A DNA stretch of 64,000 nt from Caulobacterales bacterium (lineage in GTDB: Bacteria > Pseudomonadota > Alphaproteobacteria > Caulobacterales > Caulobacteraceae), in NCBI GenBank assembly GCA_017302335.1, contig JAFLCT010000001.1, forward strand, positions 343-64,342, read 5' to 3'. Each line of letters begins with the position of its first letter. The stretch's first letter is position 1. The translations under genes were made by a program, and so were the position numbers. Below the pieces are notes generated by a model. It worked only from the letters and a program-made list of their open reading frames with translations, did no database searches and was not told the DNA's origin. Shown here piece by piece: positions 26,641 through 35,729 of this stretch.

Positions 26641-27135
26641 ATGATCCAGAACGATCTCACCGCCTTTCGCTTGCGCTGCCGTCAGTTTCACTGGTTGGCG
26701 GTCTTCATGGTCGTCAGCGTCGGCGGTCTGCTGGCGTTGATGCATCTGATCGCGCCGCTGACGCAGGCTGCGCGGGGAGACCGGCCGATCGACGACGGCT
26801 TCTGGCGGCAGTTGATCATGGCGTCGCCGACAGTATGTTACCTTTATGGCGTCTGGGCGATCGGCGCGGCGATGAAGCGGATCGGCGCCGGCGCCCTGCT
26901 CCAACCCGCCGTCGCCGACGCCCTGCGCCGCGTCGGCCTGGCTCTGGGGATCGGCGGCGTCATCAGCGTCTTCGTGGCGATCAACCTGCTGCGGCTGATG
27001 GGCATGGCCAACGGATACGCCTATTTCGACGTGCCGGGCATGACGCTGGGCATGATCGGCGGGGCGCTGTTCCTGCTGAGCCGGGTCATGAGCCAGGCTG
27101 CGGCGGCGCAGGCCGAGCTGGACGAGATGATCTGA
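26641..27135 (+). CDS. DUF2975-like membrane protein
   Basis: 164 aa, four TM helices. Sits directly upstream of, and overlaps by 1 nt, a small HTH gene. This is the usual DUF2975 / YozG-type pair. Confidence 0.65.
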   Translation: MIQNDLTAFRLRCRQFHWLAVFMVVSVGGLLALMHLIAPLTQAARGDRPIDDGFWRQLIMASPTVCYLYGVWAIGAAMKRIGAGALLQPAVADALRRVGLALGIGGVISVFVAINLLRLMGMANGYAYFDVPGMTLGMIGGALFLLSRVMSQAAAAQAELDEMI

Positions 27136-27377
27136 TGCCGATCCGCGTCACCCTCGACGAACTGATCGTCAAAAAGGGTATCAAGGCCCGCGATCTGGCG
27201 GCCCAGGTGGGTCTCAGCGAGACCCAGCTCTCCCTGTTCCGTTCCGGCAAGGTGAAGGGCATCCGTTTTCGCACCCTGGCCCGGTTGTGCGCCGCCCTGG
27301 ACTGCCGTCCGCGCGACTTGCTGGACTATGACTTCGATCCCGTCGACCGCGAACCGCCGAGCGAGCCGCAAGACTGA
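27135..27377 (+). CDS. XRE-family HTH transcriptional regulator (YozG-like)
   Basis: 80 aa: MPIRVTLDELIVKKGIKARDLAAQVGLSETQLSLFRSGKVKGIRFRTLARLCAALDCRPRDLLDY. Confidence 0.85.
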   Translation: MPIRVTLDELIVKKGIKARDLAAQVGLSETQLSLFRSGKVKGIRFRTLARLCAALDCRPRDLLDYDFDPVDREPPSEPQD

Positions 27378-27498
27378 TCGTCCAGACGCCGCCCGAGTCG
27401 TCGGCCCGCAAATGACGCTGGACAGGCGCCCGTTCCGGGTGTGTCCTGAACGGTCCGGCGCAAATCACAAGAACAGCCGGGCTTGAGGCAGGAAACGT

Positions 27499-28755
27499 AT
27501 GTCGTCCAACCGTCCCAGCCACATCCGGCTGAACTCTCACCCTGGCGCGGGGGCCGCGTCGCGCTTCCCGATCCGCTGGGGCGCCCCGACCGCACGTGAG
27601 CGGGGACCCATCGTCGGCTCGTCCACCTCGGGCGGCGACCGCAACGCCATCGGCGCCCATGGCGGCGCCTATTCGCTGTATCGCGCGCTGGCCGTGGCCT
27701 CGGGCGCCATGAGCGCGAACAATCGTCCCGACCTGACCAACACCGCCCCCACCAATCCCATGGGACCGTTCCCGCAATGGACCGATCCGGCCAAGATCGT
27801 CTCGCTGGACCCCTGGGGCGCGCGCGTGGCCGAGGACTTCGCGCCGGAACTGGCCGAGGGCGTCGACATCCGCCCGACCATCGCCGTCACCAAGGCCCGC
27901 CTGACCCTGCCCGAGATCGCCGAGGCCATCGCCGCCGGTCGGCTGAAGATCGACGGGACCGTGGTGCATGAGACCGGCGACGTCTCGGTCACCAAGGCGG
28001 CCATCGATCCGGTCTGGCACCTGCCCGGCATCGCCGAACGCTTCGGCGTCACCGAGACGGCGCTGCGTCGCACCCTGTTCGAACAGACCGGCGGCATGTA
28101 CGCCGACCTCGTCACCCGGCCCGACATCAAGGTCTTCCTGCCCCCCATCGGCGGCATCACCCTGTATGCGTTTGGCGATGTGGATGCGATCGCCGATCCG
28201 AAACGCCGCCTGACCTGCCGGGTGCATGACGAGTGCAACGGCTCGGACGTGTTCGGCTCGGACATCTGCACCTGCCGCCCCTATCTGACCCACGGCATCG
28301 AGGAGTGCGTCAAGGAGGCCCAGGACGGCGGCGCCGGGCTGATCGTCTATAACCGCAAGGAAGGTCGGGCGCTGGGCGAGGTGACCAAATTCCTGGTCTA
28401 CAACGCCAGGAAGCGTCAGCCGGGCGGCGACCAGGCGGCCACCTATTTCGAGCGCACCGAATGCGTCGCCGGGGTCCAGGACGCCCGCTTTCAGCAGTTG
28501 ATGCCCGACGTTCTGCACTGGCTGGGCATCACCCGCATCGACCGCTTCGTCTCCATGTCGAACATGAAGCACGACGCCCTGACCGGTTCGGGGATCGAGA
28601 TCGTCGAGCGCGTGCCGATCCCGGACTATCTGATCCCGCCGGACGCCTCCGTCGAGATGGAGGCCAAGAAGGCGGCCGGTTATTTCGCCCCCGAAGGCGC
28701 CGCATCGGCCGAGGAACTGACCCGCGTGGTGGGCCGCGACCTTGGCAAGTTCTGA
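27499..28755 (+). CDS. GTP cyclohydrolase II family protein, URC1-like
   Basis: The Cys cluster CRVHDECNGSDVFGSDICTCRPYL and YNRKEGRALGEV are typical of the RibA fold. The long N-terminal extension matches the URC1-type subgroup. Confidence 0.75.
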   Translation: MSSNRPSHIRLNSHPGAGAASRFPIRWGAPTARERGPIVGSSTSGGDRNAIGAHGGAYSLYRALAVASGAMSANNRPDLTNTAPTNPMGPFPQWTDPAKIVSLDPWGARVAEDFAPELAEGVDIRPTIAVTKARLTLPEIAEAIAAGRLKIDGTVVHETGDVSVTKAAIDPVWHLPGIAERFGVTETALRRTLFEQTGGMYADLVTRPDIKVFLPPIGGITLYAFGDVDAIADPKRRLTCRVHDECNGSDVFGSDICTCRPYLTHGIEECVKEAQDGGAGLIVYNRKEGRALGEVTKFLVYNARKRQPGGDQAATYFERTECVAGVQDARFQQLMPDVLHWLGITRIDRFVSMSNMKHDALTGSGIEIVERVPIPDYLIPPDASVEMEAKKAAGYFAPEGAASAEELTRVVGRDLGKF

Positions 28756-29998
28756 GACCGAGCAGGCCCAAAGCCTGCAAGCCGAGAGCCTGCTGACCCC
28801 CGCCGCCGTCCGAACGCGCGCGCAAGAGATGTTGCGCATCGGCGTCGAGGGCGGGCTGACGCACTGGCGCGTCGACCTGGACCGCCTGCCTGAGGTCGCC
28901 CGCTATGTCGCCGAACTGACACGCGAACGCTATCCAACTCTGGATGTGCCTTTCCACGCCCGCTGGCGGCATTTCGAACTGGATGGCGTCGACCTGTGGG
29001 GTCCCGACGCGGACGCCGAGGACTGGCCGGATGCGGCCACGCGCGCGCGCGCCGAATTCGATCTGGCCGTCGTTTCCGTGCTGCTTGACGCCGGGGCCGG
29101 ACCGGATTGGTCCTATGCCGACGCCGCCACCGGCCGCACCTACACCCGCTCCGAAGGGTTGGCCGTCGCCTCGTTGCGGATGTTCCAGTCCGGCGCCTTC
29201 TCAGCCGATCCCGACGATCCGTGGCGCGCCGACGCCGTCAGCCTGACCCTGCTGTCCGCCGACGACCTGGCCAAGGGGTTTCAGGTCACCGCCGACAATC
29301 CTTTAGTGGGGCTGGAGGGCCGTGCCGCCCTGCTGCGCCGCCTCGGTCGTCAGTGCCTGAGCCGCCCCGATCTGTTCGAGCTGGAGGACGGCCCGCGCCC
29401 CGGCGGCCTGGCCGACGTGCTGTTCGCGCGCGCCGACGCCGAGGACCGCCTGCCCGCCAGCGCCATTCTCGAACTGCTGCTCGAAGCCTTCGGTCCCATC
29501 TGGCAGGACCGGCTGACCCTGGGCGGCGTCGATCTGGGCGACTGCTGGCGCCACCCGGCGATGAGGCGCGACGACGCCACCGACGGCCTGGTCCCGATCC
29601 ACAAACTGTCGCAATGGCTCAGCTATTCCCTGGTCGAGCCGCTGCAACGCGCGTGCGTGACCGTGACCGACCTCGACGGCCTGACGGGCTTGGCGGAATA
29701 CCGCAACGGCGGCCTGTTCATGGACATGGGCGTGCTGACGCTGAAGGACCCGACCGACATCGACAAGGCCTGGCCGGTCTCCGATCCTCTGGTCGTCGGT
29801 TGGCGATCCATGACGGTGGCTCTGCTGGACCGGATCGCGCCATTGGTGCGCGCCGAGCTGTGCGTCGACGCCGACCGCCTGCCGCTGGCCAGCGTGCTGG
29901 AGGCCGGAACCTGGGCCGCCGGACGCCGCATCGCCGCCGAACGCCGGGCCGGAGGCGGCCCGCCCCTCACCATTCTTTCGGACGGAACCGTATTCTGA
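28742..29998 (+). CDS. DUF1688-like protein, URC4-like
   Basis: About 410 aa. Conserved context between the URC1-like gene and upp. The start is uncertain (TTG at 28742 overlaps the previous gene by 14 nt). Confidence 0.6.
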   Translation: MASSETEQAQSLQAESLLTPAAVRTRAQEMLRIGVEGGLTHWRVDLDRLPEVARYVAELTRERYPTLDVPFHARWRHFELDGVDLWGPDADAEDWPDAATRARAEFDLAVVSVLLDAGAGPDWSYADAATGRTYTRSEGLAVASLRMFQSGAFSADPDDPWRADAVSLTLLSADDLAKGFQVTADNPLVGLEGRAALLRRLGRQCLSRPDLFELEDGPRPGGLADVLFARADAEDRLPASAILELLLEAFGPIWQDRLTLGGVDLGDCWRHPAMRRDDATDGLVPIHKLSQWLSYSLVEPLQRACVTVTDLDGLTGLAEYRNGGLFMDMGVLTLKDPTDIDKAWPVSDPLVVGWRSMTVALLDRIAPLVRAELCVDADRLPLASVLEAGTWAAGRRIAAERRAGGGPPLTILSDGTVF

Positions 29999-30642
29999 TG
30001 GACAGGACGATCCTGGACGGCGTGACCGTCATCGACCACCCGCTGGTTCGCCACAAGCTGACGATCATGCGCAAGAAGGAGACCTCGACGGCCCAGTTCC
30101 GCCGCCTCCTGCGCGAGATCTCGACCCTGCTCTGCTACGAGGTCACGCGCGATCTTCCGCTGGCGTCCGTGCCCATAGAAACCCCGGTCGGGCCGATGCA
30201 GGGCCAGGCCATCGAGGGCAAGAAGCTGGTCTTCGTGCCCATCCTGCGCGCCGGGCTGGGCCTGGTCGAGGGTATGCTGGACCTGGTTCCGTCCGCCCGC
30301 GTCGGCCATGTGGGTCTGTATCGCGACCCCGAAACGCTTCAGGCGTTCGAATACTATTTCCGCGCGCCCGAGGACGTGGCCGATCGTCTGTGCGTGGTCA
30401 TCGACCCCATGCTGGCCACCGCCAACACCGCCGTCGCCGCGCTGGACCGGCTCAAGGAGCGGGGCGTGGACCGCCTGCGGTTCGTCTGTCTGGTCGCCTC
30501 GCCAGAGGGGATCGAACGATTGCGCGCCTTCCACCCGGACGTGCCGATCTGGACGGCGGCGATCGACGACGGCCTGAACGACCACGGCTATATCGTGCCG
30601 GGCCTGGGCGACGCGGGCGATCGACTGTTCGGAACGCGCTAG
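29998..30642 (+). CDS. upp: Uracil phosphoribosyltransferase
   Basis: [25 protein letters not shown]...[12 protein letters not shown]...[16 protein letters not shown]. The ATG overlaps the preceding TGA by 1 nt. Confidence 0.92.
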   Translation: MDRTILDGVTVIDHPLVRHKLTIMRKKETSTAQFRRLLREISTLLCYEVTRDLPLASVPIETPVGPMQGQAIEGKKLVFVPILRAGLGLVEGMLDLVPSARVGHVGLYRDPETLQAFEYYFRAPEDVADRLCVVIDPMLATANTAVAALDRLKERGVDRLRFVCLVASPEGIERLRAFHPDVPIWTAAIDDGLNDHGYIVPGLGDAGDRLFGTR

Positions 30643-30644
30643 GC

Positions 30645-30675
30645 GGCCCTTCTCCCGTGAAGGGGGGGAAGGGCC
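30645..30675. terminator. GC-rich hairpin between convergent genes (GGCCCTTC...GAAGGGCC); member of a CTTCTCCCG repeat family
   Basis: 8-bp outer stem read directly. It lies between the upp stop (30642) and the stop of the permease-M1 gene (30683). Confidence 0.45.
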
Positions 30676-30682
30676 TTCGACC

Positions 30683-33600
30683 TCACTGCACCGCCGCGAT
30701 GTTGTCGTCCGAGTCCCGATCAATCCAGCGATTGTACGGATCGGCCCCGGCGAAGGTCGGCTTGCGCGCCGTGATGAAGCGGAAGGTCTGGACCCCGCTG
30801 CGCAGCGGCCGCCGCTCCATCAACACCACATTCTTCTGGTCGAAGCCCTTGTCGCCCGGCTTGGCGGTGAACAGGCCAATGTCGAAGGTCTCCTCCAGCG
30901 GAGCCTCGGTCTCGACGCCCTGGCCGTTCGCATACAGTTTGCGGGCGCTGACGGTGACCGTCACGTCCCAACGGCCGTCGCTGCGGCGGCGCGCGATCGC
31001 GCCCGTCGTCTCGACGTCGTACAGGGTGATCTTCCCGAACAGATCGGTGATCAGGTCCTGCTTGTCCGCCGGGGCCTCGGCCCGGATGGCCTGAACCAGG
31101 TCGATCGAGCGCGCATAGGGCGCCGACTTGAAGGCGTATTGCGCCAGGACCCGGCGCAAGGCGCGGTTCACGGCCTGCTCGCCGATCTGATCGCGCAGCA
31201 GATACAGCACCAGGCCGCCCTTTTGGTAATGGATGTACTGCTGGTTCTCGACCCGCATCAGGGGCAGTTCCTCCAGTCGTTCCGAGCCGCGCGCGCGCAG
31301 ATAGCCGTCCAGTTCCTGCTTCAGGAAGCGGCGGATCTGGTCACGGCCGTATTTGCGCTCCATCACCATCAGGGCCGTGTACTGGGCCAGGGATTCCGAC
31401 AGCAGGGTCGACCCCTGCTGGTCGGAGCCGACCACCTGATGCGCCCACCACTGGTGCGCGAACTCATGGGCGGCGATGTAGGTGACGAAGTCGATCTTGT
31501 CCGGCTTGGACAGGTCGGTGATGAAGCCCAGCCCCTCGGACCAGGCGAAGGTGTTCGGCATCGACTGGGCGTAACCGGCATAGGCCGGGAACTCCACGAT
31601 CCGGGCCTGACGGAACTGATAGGGGCTGAACTCGGTCCCGGCGTAGTCCAGGGTCGCCGCCAGGGCGTCCAGCATGGTCGGCACGTTCCGCTCGTGGCCG
31701 GGGTGATGATAGACCACCATCTCGACCCCGTCGTGCATACGCCGCGCCTCGACATAACGGCCCGACTGCATCGACAGGAAGTTCAGCACGGGGCTTTCGG
31801 TCACGAACCGCACCGTGCGGCGGCCGTTCCGCGTGACATCCGAGACCTTGTAGCCCGGTGCGACCGGCGTCTGATCGGCGTCAGTGGTCACGGTGATGTC
31901 GGCCGTCACCCAGTCGGCGCCGACATAGTTCTTGCCGCGCGCGCTCTCGTCTTCCAGCTTGGCCATGCGCAACTCGGCAGGCAGACCCGCCTTGCGGCGC
32001 TTGGTGCGGTCGCCCAGCAGGCCGTCGCGGTTCATGCCGATCATCGGCGCGAACTCGGCGTTGCTGACGAAGGTTCCGTTATCGACCAGCCGCGTGGTGT
32101 TGCCGCTGTTCCTGAAGCCGCGTTGTTCGCGGTACGAGGCGAAGCGCACCGTGCGCCGCTCGCCCGGCTGCATCGGCGTGTCGAAGCGGTAGATGCGATA
32201 TTCGAATTCGGGCCATTCCCTCACGATGCGTGCGTCCTGAACTGACAGTTCGCGCATCTGGAGATCGTGATCCCAGCGCAGGTGGATTTCGTTCAAGGGC
32301 GCGGCCGTCTTGTTCTCGACGACGATCTCGCCCTCGGTCTTCAGGCTGGGCGTATGCGGATGCAGGTCCAGGTTCACCTTGACGCTGACCGCCGACGGCT
32401 GCGGCGTGTTCTCATAGCGCAGCAACGTCTTCTCATAACGGGCCTGCAAGGCCTCGCGGTCGTTGCGGCTGACGTATTCGTTCCAGATGTTGGTGTTCAC
32501 ATAGACAAAGACGCCCAGACCCACGAAGGCCGCCAAGGCTCCAAAGCCGATGACCCCCGCCAGGCCCCGCATCCGCCGCGGAAACCGGCGCAACCGCGGC
32601 ATGAGGCGCGTCTCGGTCCCACGCCGCCACAGGCCGTAGGCGATGACCAGCAACATCAAGGCGAAGGCGCTCCAATAGGCGTTCAGCCACGCCTGGAAGG
32701 TGGCGAAGTCGCCACGCGCGTTCATGTCCGACAACGGTACGTCGGGGGTCGCGGCATAGTGGTACAGTAGGTGGTCGAAGCCCAGATTGCTCAGCACCAG
32801 GGTCGAGATCAGGTACAGCACCATGATCGCCCAGCCGACGAATTTGTTCGGCGACAGCGCCTGGACGAAGATCGCCAGCACGGCCATCAGGATGAAGGTG
32901 ATCGACTGCGGCGCCAGGTACCAGGCCAGGTATTTCCCGAATTCGAAGTCGGTCACGCCCTTGAGCGCCTGCACCAGAATCCCGGCGCCGATCGACACGA
33001 ACAGAGTCGAGATCAGCACCAGCGACAAGGCCAGGGTCTTGGGAACCAGGAAGGTCCAGTCCGGCGTGGCGGTGGCGTCGACGATCTCGTGCATCCGCCG
33101 CTCGCGGTCGCGCCAGACCAGTTCGCCCGAATAATAGATGGCGATGATCATCGAGATCAGGCCGAAACCGCCGATCAGACCCTCGATGATCACCCGCGTG
33201 ACCATGATGATCGGCGTCTGATAGATTTCGCCCGAGAACCAGAGCGTCATCACCGCGAAACCGAAGCCCAGCAGCAGCAGCACCGCATAGGCCGGACTGC
33301 GGAAGATCATTCCCATCTCGAACCGGGTGCGCGACAACAGTTGCGTCACGCCCGACGCCCAACCGTAGCGCGGCGCGGGCAATACGCCGACCGGCCGCGT
33401 TGGTGCGGCTTCTTGTTCGCTCAGGGCGCGCAGCTTCTCCTGCTTCTTCAACTTGGCCCCGCGCGCGGCCGGGCGGTGCAACACATAGGCCAGCGCCAGG
33501 AAACCTAGGCTGACGCCGATCCACAGCAGCCGGTTGTACAACAACACCCCCGCTAGGTCGGGCAGGCGCGTGTTGCGCTCCGAGGGGGTCCAGTATTCCG

Positions 33601-34261
33601 TGATCAACGAAAAGGCGGCCATGCCGAACGGATCGGCCCAGGCCATCGGGGTCTCGAACTCCGGCTTGTCGCCCAGCGCCGAGGTGGCCGTCAGATAGAT
33701 CATGAACATGGCGACGACGCCGACATAGGTCGCCATCATCGACCGCGTCACGGTCGCCAGGGTGAAGAAGATCGCCGAACTGACCAGAAGGCCCGTCAAG
33801 CCGAAGACGGCGTAGGCGTACAGATAGTCCAGCGGCCGGAACGCCCCCAGGGTCTCGGAATCGACCCACGGCATCAGCGTGCCGACGATCATGCCGATGG
33901 CGATGCTCAGAAAACTGATGGCGACCGCGCCGAACGCCCCCAGGAAGCGGCCGTAGAGATAGTCGAATTTGCCGATCCGTGTGGCCTGGATCATCGGCCC
34001 GAAGCCCGACTGGACGTCGCGCACGACGACATTGGCGACGATGGCCGTCGTCGCCAGCATATAGAAGACGGCGAACAGGGCGTGCGCCACCACCACGTTG
34101 AACGGCGAGTTGACGTGAACCGCCGCGCCGCCCGAGATGCTGATGTTCTCGCTGGCCGCCACCAGGGCGAAACTCAGCAAAGCGAACAGAATGGAGATGA
34201 CCCAAAAGGCCGGCTGCTTGATTTGATAGCGGAACTCAAAGCCCGCGACATTCCAGAACAT
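30683..34261 (-). CDS. ABC-2 type permease fused to an M1-family zinc aminopeptidase domain
   Basis: The N-terminal ~560 aa are polytopic. The C-terminal half carries the gluzincin motif HEFAHQWWAH...E (HEFAH at nt 31454-31468). Its start lies 7 nt downstream of the ATPase gene's stop. Confidence 0.8.
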   Translation of the reverse strand: MFWNVAGFEFRYQIKQPAFWVISILFALLSFALVAASENISISGGAAVHVNSPFNVVVAHALFAVFYMLATTAIVANVVVRDVQSGFGPMIQATRIGKFDYLYGRFLGAFGAVAISFLSIAIGMIVGTLMPWVDSETLGAFRPLDYLYAYAVFGLTGLLVSSAIFFTLATVTRSMMATYVGVVAMFMIYLTATSALGDKPEFETPMAWADPFGMAAFSLITEYWTPSERNTRLPDLAGVLLYNRLLWIGVSLGFLALAYVLHRPAARGAKLKKQEKLRALSEQEAAPTRPVGVLPAPRYGWASGVTQLLSRTRFEMGMIFRSPAYAVLLLLGFGFAVMTLWFSGEIYQTPIIMVTRVIIEGLIGGFGLISMIIAIYYSGELVWRDRERRMHEIVDATATPDWTFLVPKTLALSLVLISTLFVSIGAGILVQALKGVTDFEFGKYLAWYLAPQSITFILMAVLAIFVQALSPNKFVGWAIMVLYLISTLVLSNLGFDHLLYHYAATPDVPLSDMNARGDFATFQAWLNAYWSAFALMLLVIAYGLWRRGTETRLMPRLRRFPRRMRGLAGVIGFGALAAFVGLGVFVYVNTNIWNEYVSRNDREALQARYEKTLLRYENTPQPSAVSVKVNLDLHPHTPSLKTEGEIVVENKTAAPLNEIHLRWDHDLQMRELSVQDARIVREWPEFEYRIYRFDTPMQPGERRTVRFASYREQRGFRNSGNTTRLVDNGTFVSNAEFAPMIGMNRDGLLGDRTKRRKAGLPAELRMAKLEDESARGKNYVGADWVTADITVTTDADQTPVAPGYKVSDVTRNGRRTVRFVTESPVLNFLSMQSGRYVEARRMHDGVEMVVYHHPGHERNVPTMLDALAATLDYAGTEFSPYQFRQARIVEFPAYAGYAQSMPNTFAWSEGLGFITDLSKPDKIDFVTYIAAHEFAHQWWAHQVVGSDQQGSTLLSESLAQYTALMVMERKYGRDQIRRFLKQELDGYLRARGSERLEELPLMRVENQQYIHYQKGGLVLYLLRDQIGEQAVNRALRRVLAQYAFKSAPYARSIDLVQAIRAEAPADKQDLITDLFGKITLYDVETTGAIARRRSDGRWDVTVTVSARKLYANGQGVETEAPLEETFDIGLFTAKPGDKGFDQKNVVLMERRPLRSGVQTFRFITARKPTFAGADPYNRWIDRDSDDNIAAVQ

Positions 34262-34268
34262 GGCGGCC

Positions 34269-35144
34269 TCAGGCGGCTTTCTTCGACGCGGCCAGCGTCG
34301 AGAAATAGACGTCTTCCAGTCCGCCCGGCGCCGGATCGAAACCCTCCGGGTGCTGATCCGCCAGCACGTGGATCACGGTGCGGCCGGCGAACAGGCGCGT
34401 CGAAATGACCTGATGTTTGGCCTCGTACTCGGGCAGTTCCTCCTTGCCGATGGTCTTTTGCCAGACCCGGCCCTTCATCTGGTCCATCAGGTCGCCCGGC
34501 GCGCCTTCCAGGCGGATCTTGCCGTCGGCCAGCACCGCCATGCGGGGGCACAGATCGGCCACGTCCTCGACGATGTGGGTCGACAGGATGACCACCACGT
34601 TCTCGCCGATCTCGGCCAGCAGATTCAGGAACCGATTGCGCTCCTGCGGGTCCAGACCCGCGGTCGGTTCATCGACGATGATCAGTCGGGGATTGCCGAT
34701 CAGGGCCTGGGCGATGCCGAACCGTTGCCGCATACCACCCGAAAATCCCGCCAGGGCCTTCTTGCGCACGCTCCACAGATTGACCTGGTGCAGCAGGTTC
34801 TCGACCGTCTCCTTGCGTTCCTTGCCGCCGGCGATCCCTTTCAGCACCGCCATATGGTCCAGCATATCGTAGGCCGAGACGCGCGGATAAACCCCGAAGT
34901 CTTGGGGCAGGTAGCCTAGGGTGCGGCGCAGGGCTTCCGGGTCCTTGATCACGTCGATCTCGCCGAACTGGATCGAACCCGAGGTCGGGGTCTGAAGCGT
35001 GGCGATCGAACGCATCAGCGTGGACTTGCCCGCCCCGTTGGGTCCCAACAGGCCGAACATCCCGGTCGGCGCCTCCAGGTTCACATCGTCCAGGGCGCGC
35101 GTGCCGTTCGGATAGACGTGGATGAGGTTCTTGATCGAAAGCAT
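34269..35144 (-). CDS. ABC transporter ATP-binding protein
   Basis: Walker A GPNGAGKST, signature FSGGMRQRF, Walker B IIVDEPTAGLD. Confidence 0.9.
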   Translation of the reverse strand: MLSIKNLIHVYPNGTRALDDVNLEAPTGMFGLLGPNGAGKSTLMRSIATLQTPTSGSIQFGEIDVIKDPEALRRTLGYLPQDFGVYPRVSAYDMLDHMAVLKGIAGGKERKETVENLLHQVNLWSVRKKALAGFSGGMRQRFGIAQALIGNPRLIIVDEPTAGLDPQERNRFLNLLAEIGENVVVILSTHIVEDVADLCPRMAVLADGKIRLEGAPGDLMDQMKGRVWQKTIGKEELPEYEAKHQVISTRLFAGRTVIHVLADQHPEGFDPAPGGLEDVYFSTLAASKKAA

Positions 35145-35248
35145 ACGGAATCCCCCTAGGCGCAGTCACGCCAGACTGGCCGTCCGCTCGATCCGTATCA
35201 AGTTACCCTTCGGTCAGAATAACGCTCAGCTTGCCAGAGGGGGCGGCG

Positions 35249-35641
35249 TCACGCCTCCGGCGCGCGCGTCAGCCTGACGCCCTCGCCTGTCAGGACGTCG
35301 GGTCCTTGATGTCGGACCCGCGCCAGAACTCGGCCGCGCTCATCGACGATCTCGATCACGCCTGAGACCACGCGCCAACGCCGGGCGCTCTCCAGCCGCT
35401 GCCCGTGGCAACCTTCCGACAGCGCCATCCGGGCGCCCGGTCCCGCCGACGTCTTGGACAGCGAGATCAGGCACCGGCCCGGCGCGCCCTCGACCCGCCA
35501 CAGGCCGAACCCGATCTCTCCAATGTCCTCTTGCGCGGCGTCGCCGGTTGAATTCTGGGTCATGACGGCGTCTCCGGCGCGGCAAGCGCCGCTCAGACTC
35601 AAGGACAGAAGGGCGGCGGCGATCAGGGCGGCTTTGGTCAT
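35249..35641 (-). CDS. Inh/AprI-like metalloprotease inhibitor lipoprotein
   Basis: 130 aa. Lipobox LSLSGAC. The W...C...C...W spacing and size resemble AprI/Inh. Divergent from a PrtD/AprD-type type I secretion ABC gene. Confidence 0.55.
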   Translation of the reverse strand: MTKAALIAAALLSLSLSGACRAGDAVMTQNSTGDAAQEDIGEIGFGLWRVEGAPGRCLISLSKTSAGPGARMALSEGCHGQRLESARRWRVVSGVIEIVDERGRVLARVRHQGPDVLTGEGVRLTRAPEA

Positions 35642-35729
35642 GCGGACGTCCTCAGGCTTGCCTTGGTCCCTTATCAGGCCGGGTCGACCCTGAACGCAAC
35701 CTGTACGGCCCCCAGGCTTTGGGTGCGCC

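Noticed and set aside
27378-27498. Nested short stems (GGACA...TGTCC, CCGTTC...GAACGG) upstream of the URC1-like gene, considered as a riboswitch-like leader.
   Set aside because: The stems are only 4-6 bp, I recognise no known motif, and such pairings are common in GC-rich DNA.
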